Source: Coniocarpon cinnabarinum
Lineage: Eukaryota
Reading direction: 5' to 3'
Length of the DNA stretch: 64,000 bases
NCBI GenBank assembly: GCA_051942205.1
Contig: JAVECO010000080.1
Location: 1 to 64,000 of the forward strand
In this document: positions 50,975 through 60,934 of the stretch, piece after piece
Layout of the letters: each line of letters begins with the position of its first letter
Numbering within the stretch: the first letter of the stretch is position 1
Program-made: the position numbers and the translations under genes
The notes under the pieces: generated by a model
What the model was told of the DNA's origin: nothing
Database searches by the model: none
Seen by the model: only the letters and a program-made list of their open reading frames with translations

Positions 50975-53135
50975 TCATCCCGCCACGTCTTCCGCGACTT
51001 TCTCTCCATTCATACCTTCAACGCCAACTTCCCTCTTCAGTTCGTGTTTCGAGGGCGCGCCATTATGTTTGACATCCTCTTGATGAGGCTTCGTATCTGA
51101 AGCTGCTCCATTAGCGTTTGATAATGGTTGAGAGGAGGCTGGTGCTGGAGCGTATAGTTCCGCGATTTTCTCCATGGTCATGTTCCCGCCTGAGAGGATG
51201 ATACCGATGTTCCAACCTTCGGGTCCAGCCTGTATCCGTTAGCGTTCCTTTCAAACGACAGCCGTCAGACACTTCCTCATCACCTCTCTCCCCAAATAAA
51301 CCCATCCTCTACGACCTCGTCCCCCAAATCCCTCTCGTACAGAGTTCATGCGAGAAAAAAAGGGAAAAAGCCATGCAAACGATTTGGAAGAACTCACCTC
51401 CCTCTCAACCATCCTCCTGAACTCCTCGTTAAAAAGCACAACCGCAAGTCCCAAAGCCCCACTAGGCTCAACTACACACTTCCCCCTCTCAAAAAGCAAA
51501 CGCATCGCCATTTTGATCTCGTCTTCAGAGACTGCAAAGACACCATGCACCTTTTGAGGGTCGGAGATGACGCTCCAGGGGATTTCACCGACGGGTGTGC
51601 GCACGCCGTCGGCTATGGTCAGGGTGGAGACGTGGGGGATTCTTTCTCCTTGGAGGAGGCCGCGGCGGCAGTCGTCTTTTGTTTGTCAGTCTCGAAAGAG
51701 AGGAGCCACGGAGACAGCAAGAGATGTTCAGGAGGTGCGCGAAAGAAGACGGCGCGGGACATATGGTGCAAGGGTGTTAAAAGACACACAACTGGGGGAG
51801 AGAAGAGAAGGAGGAAATTACCTGCGCCTTGAAATGAGGGTTCTGCCCCGAAGACCTTGATTCCTGTATTCGCCAGCGCCGTCGCAGTGCCCGAAAGGAG
51901 ACCACCGCCGCCGCATGGGGCGATGACAGCGTCGAGACCTTCACTTCCGACGCCACCGTATACTGGACCTAGACGACTGATTAGCCAATGCATCCTCATG
52001 TCACAGCAGCCCACCTCATTCTCCTCTCTCCCGCCCTCTCACCCTTCTGCCATCCTATCCCACCTTGATCTCAGCCTTCCACGACATCTCGTTCCATTTC
52101 CCCCTTTTGCCGTTTGAAAGAACAGGACTCACCATCATCAAAACCACCTCCCTCCCCACTACTTCCAGAACCGGCAGTCATTTCCTTAACCTGCCCCTCA
52201 AACTCCAACGCCGCTGTGCCTTGTCCCAGCACAATCTCCGCATCATCATAAGGCGGCACCAGCACCGCTCCTGTTTCTTCTTGAATCTTCGCAACCAACG
52301 CTTCGCGCTCTGGCGCTGTCGAGCCTGAGAAGTGGACGGAGGCGCCGAGTGCTTGCGTTGCTGCGATTTTAGAAGGTGTACTGATGGTGGGCATGACGAT
52401 ATAAGATTTTATGTTGCGCTCGCGGGCGGCGAGCGCGAGGGCTTGGGCGTGGTTGCCTTGTTTTGTTAGTCGAAGTCACTCATCGTCCAAAGCCTCCAGT
52501 TATTCCCGAGCCTCATTGCACACTCATATTACTCGCAAGGTGATCGGGCGTACAGGGTAATGGATGTGTGATAGAGGGTGTTTGATGGAGAGTGGTAGGT
52601 ATGCTGAGCACATACCGGAACTATGCGTTATTACGCCTTTTTCCAGCTGCCCTGAGAACAGCCGGGAGAGAGCATGGAAGGCTCCACGTGCTTTGAAGGC
52701 ACCGATGCGTTGCTGGTTCTCGCATTTGAAGAAGAGGCGGATTGTCGGATGGGCTGGGGTGTGATGTCCGTCCGAAGAAGTCGAGTCACTAATCTCGTGC
52801 TTCGACGCTTGAAACGCTGCGAGGTCTTGAGGATTTGAAGCGAGCTTGCTAAGAGACTGGCTGTATCGATCATGGTGAGTGACCAGGTTCGAGCGCTTCA
52901 ATGAGTGAGAACCACATAATCATGAGAGAAATCATATGGGTGGGAGCAAAGCCTTTATGTATGGCCACAGGGGAAATGCACAGACCTCTGAGCATAACAG
53001 AGACGGCTCAGCGAGCAGAATGGCAACGTACCTTGTTAATACTGGGGTGCAATGCACATATCTCTTGATCCTTTCATGTGCAGCTACGACATTTTCCCTC
53101 GTCAGGGGCCGGGATGGCTTCTTGCCTGCAGCCAT
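50975..53135 (-). CDS. PLP-dependent serine racemase / Ser-Thr dehydratase-family enzyme (SRY1-like)
   Basis: Exons 53135-53032, 52860-52616, 52456-52133, 51968-51822, 51675-51398 and 51229-50975. PLP-lysine motif KCENQQRIGAFKARGA, SSGNHAQALA, GQGT, PCGGGGLLSG, TIADG, VVEPSGA, ILSGGN. Confidence 0.93.
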
Positions 53136-53630
53136 GATGTTTGTATGTGGGTGCGCCCGTCGTCGTTCTCTCAGTGCACTTATGCCGAGAAAGCTCGATT
53201 ATAACTTGATACCCTTAACGTAGAAAAGGATAGAGCGTCTGTTCAGAGCCTGACTGCTTTGGTTGGTGTTCTGTTTCCTTCCGATGTACACCTTACGTCG
53301 ATCTGGAGTTTGATCTTAAGTCGAGGATCTAGAGAAAGCCCTTCGTTACGAAAGAGCAACAAGAAAAAGAAACATTCTGGGCTGTTCTAATGTCTCTCCA
53401 TCATCGACCCTGATACGCCCCTATTTCCTCGGCCTACATCCTCCCGAGGTATTCATATTCGACGTCTGACCTCTACGCACTTGCATGCAGAGCTCTTTCG
53501 AAACAGCGGGGAAAAGAAAAAGACAGCAACCCTACGGGAGCTCACATTGCTGATATCTCATACGATTTGAATGCTACACCATGTAGGTGATCACGTTTCC
53601 GCTGCACAAAAAGTAGCGGCAGAGGACCAG

Positions 53631-53672
53631 AGAAAAAAAAGAAAGAAAGAAAGAAAGAAAGAAAGAAAAAAA
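53631..53672 (+). repeat. (GAAA)n microsatellite
   Basis: Directly visible; pyrimidine tract on the minus strand just downstream of the tRNA. Confidence 0.9.
53666..53672 (-). terminator. Putative RNA polymerase III terminator (T7) of the tRNA-Leu gene
   Basis: First T-run of 4 or more on the minus strand after tRNA position 1; it starts about 25 nt past the reconstructed discriminator base. Confidence 0.7.
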
Positions 53673-53699
53673 CACCATCGCGACAGGACGCAATGCATG

Positions 53700-53753
53700 C
53701 TAGGTATACAATTAGTATAGAAGGCCTACGCTGAGAAGATCGACGCCACAAAC
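53700..53753 (-). other. Spliceosomal-type intron (54 nt) in the tRNA 3' acceptor strand, between nt 71 and 72
   Basis: Donor GTTTGT (53753-53748), branch site TACTAAT (53717-53711), acceptor TAG (53702-53700). Removal supplies C72 and A73. Confidence 0.8.
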
Positions 53754-53795
53754 GTGTGAGAGGGGTTCGAACCCTCGCATCTTTCGATAGCAGAG

Positions 53796-53813
53796 TGTAA
53801 AGTATAGAATGAA
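53796..53813 (-). other. Canonical tRNA intron (18 nt) at position 37/38
   Basis: TTCATTCTATACTTTACA, one base 3' of the TAA anticodon; no GT-AG ends; its antepenultimate A can pair with U32. Confidence 0.85.
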
Positions 53814-53840
53814 CTTAAATCTGCCGCCTTAACCACTCGG

Positions 53841-53892
53841 CTGATATGGGTCAGCTTTGTCCTAAATAACATCGCACTTCAAGTGGACATAC
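53841..53892 (-). other. Spliceosomal-type intron (52 nt) in the tRNA D stem / A box, between nt 10 and 11
   Basis: Donor GTATGT (53892-53887), branch site GCTGAC (53855-53850), acceptor CAG (53843-53841). Removal restores GGTGTGA-TG-GCCG. Confidence 0.88.
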
Positions 53893-54145
53893 CCATCACA
53901 CCTAAATCGCGCAAAGTTTGAAATTGGAAACGGTACTTTACGTATATAAATGTAAAAGTCGCTTCAAGTGTAGCATCAATGCTTGTGATTACCCTTAACG
54001 ACGATGGAAACGCATCCCCAAAAAATGAACAGCATAGAAGACTGATATATTCAGAAATAAAAGATCGCTTGCTTTTACATTCACACGATACTGACATACA
54101 TGTACGCCTTTTGAGTGCTTTAAACTAGCCTGGGTGCCATCCTGT

Positions 54146-55546
54146 CTACCGTTGGTTCTCGGGTCGGAGAGATCTGCGTCAAAAGTTAGCACCCTCCTAC
54201 TGAAGGCTGCAGCTGGCACAACATACCTCACAGCTTTTCCAGCGCGCCAGATTTCCAACTCCCTGACATCACTCAACTCCTTGCCCAGCGCCTCGCGGTA
54301 GTCTTTTCTTGAGTTGAACTCCAGACTCTTCTTGGTCTCGGTCCCATCTCGCACACTGTCATATAGCTCACTGAAGAGCGGCTTCAAGTTGTCGCGGAAT
54401 CGCGAGCTCCAATCCAGCGCACCTCGTCTGGCCGTGGTCGAACACGCCTCGTACATGTAGTCCATACCATTCTGGCCGATCAGGGGGTATAGCGACTGTG
54501 TGGCCTCCTCAACCGTCTCGTTGAACGCCTCGCTTGGACTGTGACCTCGTTCTCGTAGCACCTCGTATTGCGCAAGAAACATGCCGTGGATGCCGCCCAT
54601 TAGGCAACCGCGCTCTCCGTAGAGATCAGAGTACACCTCTTTTTCGAAGGTCGTCTGGTACATGTATCCAGAGCCGATGGCAGTGCCAAGCGCAATAGCT
54701 TTCTCTTGAGCTTTGCCAGTCACGTCTTGGTAGACGGCAACGGATGAGTTGATACCGCGCCCTTCGCGGAAGAGCGTGCGGACAGTGCGACCGGAGCCCT
54801 TGGGTGCCACGAGGATAACATCGATGTCAGAAGGCATGTCGACCTTAGTGAGGTCTTTGAAAACGGGCGAGAAGCCGTGTGAGAAGTAGAGCGTCTGCGA
54901 GTATCGGTTAATGATGAGGGTTTGGCGCAGAGCCGGACGTTGTCAAGTCAGGGGAGATGGCAATAGTCATACCTTGCCCTTGACTAGCTTAGGCTTCAAT
55001 GCCGGCCAAGTCTCACTCTGTGCAGCATCGCTCAGCAGGTTCATGATAATTGAACCCCTATCAACCGCTTCGTCCACATCGAAGAGGTTGGTTCCTGGTA
55101 TCCAGCCATCCTGCTGAGCCTCCTTCCAGGATGCGCCATTCTTTCGCACACCAATGATGACGTTCAGACCATTGTCGCGCAGATTCAAGCCTTGGCCATG
55201 ACCTTGAGACCCGTAACCGATCAGTGCAAGCGTATCATTCTTAAAATACTCGAGCAGCTTGTCGCGCGGCCAGTCCTCACGCTCTGTAAAATAGGTCAGC
55301 CGGGCCAATTCAGTTCGTTATAGGCTTTTTTTTTTTTCACGGACCAAAGACTTTCTCCTTGGTCCCAGCGAAGTCAATCGTCTTGACACCACGCCATTGC
55401 TGGCTGGTAGTCGCTAAAGCTGGTTTCACAGCTAAAGGACGTGCAGTGTTTAGAGTAGTGACTAGGGTACGGCGTTGGAAGGGCGCAGAAAAAGTCTGCT
55501 TGCTTGTCGAGCTTCTGAGGGCTCTGCTGGCAGTTCTCGACGCCAT
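54146..55546 (-). CDS. ILV5: Ketol-acid reductoisomerase, mitochondrial
   Basis: Exons 55546-55345, 55283-54973, 54894-54227 and 54173-54146. Motifs: ALIGYGSQGHGQGLNLRDNG, VAPKGSG, SDLYGERGCLMG, CSTTARRGA, VRSLRPENQ. Confidence 0.98.
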
Positions 55547-55901
55547 GGTAGATTTGCTCCTGGTCAAGTCAGCCTGCGGCGCAAGTCTGACAAGCTCTCC
55601 CAGAAATTAAATGAGCCAGCGCCGAAGCCGGACGAACTTCATTGGAGCTCCCGCGGAAGCGTTCCGCGGAGGTCATTGTCAGGTCACGTGCCAAGTATTG
55701 GACCAAAACCGTGTTTGATGCACACTCATCAAGTGAATTGGCACATTTTGCGCCTTGGGCAGGCTTGAATCTATCTAGACCTTCTGGAGAAGTGGCTATG
55801 ACACCTGGCACTAATCGGAGTCTTTTGGCAACTCCATCAACCAAAGTGATGGACACAGAGCATGTGAAAGAGGTATAATATGGTTCCATAAATAACGGCG
55901 C

Positions 55902-56604
55902 TCAGACTTGCAGAATGCGAAGTCCTATAGCTACTTCTGACTCGTCGTCGTCAATTTTGGTATTTGAAACTTGGTTCCGGCCCGATTTATTGATGATACC
56001 ACGACTGGGCAACATCGTTCCCTTGGAGCTGTCCTTTCCCTCGTTTCTCGGAGAGTGCTCGTCCTTCTGTTTACTTGGCGTTTGTTGTTGAATCGGTGAT
56101 TCGGAAGGTGTGTTAGCATCTTCAGGGTCAACATTTTCAGGGTCAAGGCCCTGCTTCCTCTCCGACTTCTGTTTTCGAGGACACCCGCGCCTTGCGTGTA
56201 GGATCGAGCCAAGCTCGGATCTATGTTTCTTGCCACATACCGAGCAGGTCCATACCGGCCCTTCTATTCCTGCCTTCCTGCAATGCCCTCTACTTTTCAG
56301 GTGGGTTGTCAAGTGCTGACGCGCCTTGTAAGACACGCTACAGATCTCGCATTGATAGCACTTTCCTCTGTGCGTGATATACCTATGAGAACTTTTACAG
56401 ACGAGATGTTAGCTTCCGAACAATATGCTCTGAACTTCAAAACTTACCACATGCAACGTCTGGCATCAGGAGATTAGCGAGCTTCCCAGACGAGAGCTTG
56501 GTTACAAAGGTGCGAATGCAGTGATGACATTGAATAGCTTACCTGGACGTAAATCTCTTTGTACATCCAGGCTCAGTGCACTCTATTGTTCGGTCGTTAG
56601 ACAT
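55902..56604 (-). CDS. Small C2H2 zinc-finger protein (3 fingers, 187 aa) with a 12-nt microexon
   Basis: Exons 56604-56543, 56459-56448 and 56391-55902. Fingers: CTEPGCTKRFTSRRCMCSHRYITH, CEICSVSYKARQHLTTHLKSRGH, CSVCGKKHRSELGSILHARRGC. Confidence 0.82.
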
Positions 56605-57916
56605 TGTCACTACTTTAAGTATTTTCAACTGGACGAAAGGACGAATTGATGCGAATCAAGAGTCTGTTACGTGCGCAATGCATTTATGAAATGAAATGAA
56701 ATGGATTCTTGGAATCTGAGTGCACACAATTTGTTGAAAGTCAAGTATCGCGCACCAAATTAAATTACCCGGTTCTGCAGATAATCGAACGGGACACGTT
56801 TCAGCAGTGCAGATTAGACGCATCAGAATATTTCACTCTCTCAAATCGTGTTCTGAGAAGTCAGCCTGGTTCCAGCAGGCCTTGCCGCTCTGGAGGAGCA
56901 CTGAGTAGATGCAAGACACGCTAACGTCCAAGATGTGAAACACCCCCTTCGCTCAGGTGATAAAGTAATTGCACGATTGGCTTGGGGTCACAAAGCTTCT
57001 CTTGATGCTCGTTTCATAATTCCCGACAACGAGCTTTCATGACAAAAGTACGAAGCAGTATGATGTAACTCGGGCAGATGTGACGCTACGCGCGCTGCAA
57101 GCACGCCCGGCATGAGGCGACAGTGAACCGATTATATTAAATTACTATGGCTCTATGCGAGCATACGTCATGCCCTGGCATTGGCCTGCCCCAGGTGGGT
57201 CTTACAATGCGGGCTGGGAATCCAGACTCGATGAACAATAAGAGTATGAGAGCCGGACGTAGCTGGAAACGGGATGCTACCTTACACAGTGACCTCGACC
57301 TTTTGCGTCAATAAGATTCGACTATGTCGTGCGTCACCAGGTTCAGAAATAGAGGGCAGAGAGAACGTAGCGTTTTCAAGGGTCCCAATCATGCCTAGGC
57401 GATGCACTGCATCTCTCTGAGACGTAATATGCCTAGTGTAAGAATGCAAATCGAGCTCTGAGCTTGCACGAACGAATCTTAATAGGGAAACGTGTACACA
57501 CGATATATCACGTGACGCGTACTTGCTTGCCACATGTGGACTAGCGCTTTTTGTCATGGGTACCTACCACCGGCAGGGAGTATAGTCATTACAGTATCTG
57601 GTGTTCTAAGAACCTTCGTCGATTCTTTGCAGGGACGCAGGGTCCCACTAGGAAGTGCGCAAGGCTGGTGCCGGCAAATACGTCCAGATAAACGTTTGCC
57701 AATACCGCGGTCGGCTGATGCCCAGACGCTTTCACCTCATTCTTATTGCGCAACCGGCGGCGGACACCTACCTTTAACACAACCGCGATCGGCACGATGC
57801 GATAGTTCAAGTCTTTTGCGCTTCACAGCTTGCGCTGCAGCTCGTATTAATTGCAACAAAACTCGTAAAGCGCTCTTTCTAGCACTCGTTTGCGAATATT
57901 ATCGTCCGGCTCAGAC

Positions 57917-60900
57917 ATGGACAGCAGCGCAATGACCGTGGGTCAAGATGACTCGTTGCCTATTTTTGATGTGCAACGCGTCGATATGCAATTTTCAGTT
58001 GCTGCTGATTTTGTTGCAGCTCAAGTGGCAAACAACACCCTCATATTAGCATTGCAGACTGGCCGAGTCATGCGGATCGACCTCGAGTCGCCTGCTGATA
58101 TCGATGACATCGATCTTCCTAAAAGACCAAGCGAGATCGGTACCATTCGACGCCTTTTCATGGACCCCACAGCATCTCATTTGATCATCAGCACCAATTT
58201 AGGACAGAATTACTACCTTCATGCACAGTCGAGGACTCCGAAAGCTTTGTCAAGACTGCGGGATGTCTTGATTGACTGCGTATCTTGGAATTCTTCGCAG
58301 CCGACGGCGTCTACTCGAGAAATACTCATTGGCGCTGCCGACGGTAACATCTACGAAACATTTTTAGAGCCATCTCAGGGAGTGTATCGAAGAGAAGAGA
58401 AGTATGTAAAAAACGTCTATAAGACAGAAGCCCCTGTATGCAACATCTGGACTGATTCCCTTTCCGGGCGCTCGGAAGCGCGACGCGTCTTGGTAGCCAC
58501 GGCAGGCCGTCTTCTTCATTTTCTGAGCCGTCGATCTGGTAATGAAGGAAGCGGCTCCGTCTATGCAAAGATATTTGAAAGCGAAGCTCCTAATATTTAC
58601 GAACCTGATCCAGGCCAATACACGCCCATCAACTCACAATTCGCAGTAACTCCAGAACCTCCAGACGTGCCAGCACTTGTTGCTGCAAAACCTGAAAGAA
58701 TATTTGCTTGGTCTTCCGCACAAAGGGTGTTACACGGCAAGCTGCTTGTTTCACCTCCGACGTCAGACCTCGGTCGAAGAATTTATGATCAAGCCGATAC
58801 ACTTTCAAATTCACGACTGATGGATGTTGCTGAGGGGGTTCGTACTGCAAGACCTGGCAAAAGTTCGGCGGACTTCTTGGCTCTTACACAATGGCATATC
58901 CTTCAAATTTTTCACGATCGGCTTGTCGCAGTCAACCGTCTTGACGGGTCTGTCATACACAACGAGCCAGTGCTCGGCACTGCCGAGAAACCCGTTGCGC
59001 TTCTTGCGGATCACAAAAAGAATACGTTTTGGCTTTTTACAAACAAAGCGATCTTCGAGATTGTCGTTCGAGACGAAGATCGAGACATCTGGAAAGTCTT
59101 GATGAAGCGCCAAGAGTTTGAGGAAGCCCTGCAATATGCGAACAATTCTGCGCAGAAAGATGCTGTCGCCCTTGCATCTGGAGATTTCCTGCTTGCTGGT
59201 GGCAAGTACTCTGAGGCTGCGTCTGTGTATGGCAAAAGTACGAAAGCTTTTGAAGAGGTGTCGCTGGCATTCTTGGATGCAGGCCAAAAGGAAGCTTTGC
59301 GCACTTACCTCGTCACAAGACTTTCGAGCTTGAAGAAGTCCTCTCTCATGCAGCGGGTATTGTTGAGTAGCTGGCTGATAGAGCTATTCATGTCCGCTTT
59401 GAATACACTGGATGATGCAGTCACGACCGATGCCACGCTCACAAACTCTGATGACACTGTAGCAGATGTGCGCAAACAACTAGAAGAGACTCAGAGAGAA
59501 TACCATGACTTTGTTAGACGACATAAAGATGACCTTGATCAGAAAACTACATATGACATAATCAGTGCCCACGGTAGAGAAGAAGAGCTACTCTTCTTTG
59601 CATCCGCAGTTAATGATCACAACTACGTCTTGTCATATTACATTCAGCGAGATCAGTGGCATGAAGCCCTGCAGACGCTCAATCGTCAACCCAACTCAGA
59701 GACGATATACAAATACGCAACTGCACTCATGACCCATGTCGCCATTTCATTCGTCGACATCGTCACTCGCCTATCTAACCTGGACGCCAGCAAGCTTATC
59801 CCCGCTTGCCTCGCTTACAACCAAACAGCTTCAGCGACCGACAATCCTGTAGCGCTTCAAGAAAACCAAGCGATCCGCTATCTTTCACACGCCATCGCCG
59901 CTCAATCCTCCCGCGACACCGCCGTACACAATACTTTGATCTCCATCTACGCCTCACATCCGTCGCCTTCGCAATCGGCGCTCCTCGCCTATCTCGAAGC
60001 ACAAACACCGCCTTCATATGCTAAAGACGTATCTACGCCATACGATGCTGACTTTGCCCTGAGACTCTGTATGCAACACAACCGCATCCGCTCCGCGATT
60101 TACATCCAAATCTCAATGAACGCATACTCCTCTGCACTCACACTTGCTCTCGAACATGGCGAGACCTCTCTCGCTGTCTCGGTCGCTGAGAGACCCGAGC
60201 ATGACGCCGCAACACGAAAAAAGCTCTGGCTTGCCATTGCGCGTTCAGTCGTTGCGGGAGAAATACCTGGCACACTCGAAGATGCAACCACCAAATCTCC
60301 TGCCAAACCTTCGCATCAACCTAAAGGTCTGGAGCATAAACCTCAAGCGCAAGACCCCGCCAGCATCAAGACGGCGCTCGATCTCCTCAAGCGTGCTCCG
60401 CCTGGTGTGCTACGGATCGAAGACCTATTGCCACTCTTCCCCGACTTCGTCCTTATCGATTCGTTCAAATCCGAGGTCTGTTCGGCGCTGGAGGACTACT
60501 CCCGCCAGATCGACTCACTCACCCAGGAAATGGACGCTTCTACTCTGACATCAGCACGGCTGAAATCCGAACTCGGCGATCTAGACAATCGGTGGGTCCT
60601 CCTCGAGCCGGGCGAGAGTTGCGCCGTATGCGCCGAGGTCCTGCTCGAGCGCCGCTTTTGGGTCTGGAGTTGTGGACACGGCGTCCACGGTGATTGCGTG
60701 ATCAGAGAGATTCAGAAACGCGGAAGCAAGGCGATGGCGAGGCGACTGCGGGAGGTGCGCGCACAGTTAGATGGCAAGGATAGTAAAGCGGAGGGTCGAA
60801 AGCGAGAGGAAGCTGTGAGAGAGCTGGATGAGATTCTGGGGAGAGAATGTGTTGTTTGTGGCGAGTTGGCTGTCAGAGGCGTGGATGAGGGATTTGAGGT

Positions 60901-60934
60901 TAGCAAGGCGGAGAGGGAGAGCTGGGCTATTTGA
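57917..60934 (+). CDS. VPS18: Vacuolar protein sorting protein Vps18/Pep3 (HOPS/CORVET)
   Basis: Intronless ORF; ALTQWHIL...TFWLFT...EDRDIWK, FEEVSLAF, YDADFALRLC, RKKLWL, LRIEDLLPLFPDFVLID, and a C-terminal RING-like CAVC...CGHGVHGDC...CVVCG. Confidence 0.95.
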   Translation: MDSSAMTVGQDDSLPIFDVQRVDMQFSVAADFVAAQVANNTLILALQTGRVMRIDLESPADIDDIDLPKRPSEIGTIRRLFMDPTASHLIISTNLGQNYYLHAQSRTPKALSRLRDVLIDCVSWNSSQPTASTREILIGAADGNIYETFLEPSQGVYRREEKYVKNVYKTEAPVCNIWTDSLSGRSEARRVLVATAGRLLHFLSRRSGNEGSGSVYAKIFESEAPNIYEPDPGQYTPINSQFAVTPEPPDVPALVAAKPERIFAWSSAQRVLHGKLLVSPPTSDLGRRIYDQADTLSNSRLMDVAEGVRTARPGKSSADFLALTQWHILQIFHDRLVAVNRLDGSVIHNEPVLGTAEKPVALLADHKKNTFWLFTNKAIFEIVVRDEDRDIWKVLMKRQEFEEALQYANNSAQKDAVALASGDFLLAGGKYSEAASVYGKSTKAFEEVSLAFLDAGQKEALRTYLVTRLSSLKKSSLMQRVLLSSWLIELFMSALNTLDDAVTTDATLTNSDDTVADVRKQLEETQREYHDFVRRHKDDLDQKTTYDIISAHGREEELLFFASAVNDHNYVLSYYIQRDQWHEALQTLNRQPNSETIYKYATALMTHVAISFVDIVTRLSNLDASKLIPACLAYNQTASATDNPVALQENQAIRYLSHAIAAQSSRDTAVHNTLISIYASHPSPSQSALLAYLEAQTPPSYAKDVSTPYDADFALRLCMQHNRIRSAIYIQISMNAYSSALTLALEHGETSLAVSVAERPEHDAATRKKLWLAIARSVVAGEIPGTLEDATTKSPAKPSHQPKGLEHKPQAQDPASIKTALDLLKRAPPGVLRIEDLLPLFPDFVLIDSFKSEVCSALEDYSRQIDSLTQEMDASTLTSARLKSELGDLDNRWVLLEPGESCAVCAEVLLERRFWVWSCGHGVHGDCVIREIQKRGSKAMARRLREVRAQLDGKDSKAEGRKREEAVRELDEILGRECVVCGELAVRGVDEGFEVSKAERESWAI

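Larger units (their letters stand above)
53698..53902 (-). tRNA. tRNA-Leu(UAA) with three introns: two spliceosomal-type (after nt 10 and after nt 71) and one canonical anticodon-loop intron
   Basis: Exons 53902-53893, 53840-53814, 53795-53754 and 53699-53698 join to GGTGTGATGGCCGAGTGGTTAAGGCGGCAGATTTAAGCTCTGCTATCGAAAGATGCGAGGGTTCGAACCCCTCTCACACCA (81 nt). Acceptor stem GGTGTGA/TCACACC pairs 7/7, anticodon stem GCAGA/TCTGC, long variable arm ATC-GAAA-GAT, T arm GAGGG-TTCGAAC-CCCTC, discriminator A. Confidence 0.9.

Noticed and set aside
53753..53849. Reading the tRNA as a degenerate pseudogene or tRNA-derived SINE
   Set aside because: All internal stems are intact, and the complementary acceptor segments are recovered at GT/AG boundaries with well-placed branch sites on both sides, which decay would not produce.
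53995..54226. C-terminal extension of ILV5 shown in the ORF track
   Set aside because: It is read-through of intron 54226-54174; the spliced end is VRSLRPENQR* at 54146.
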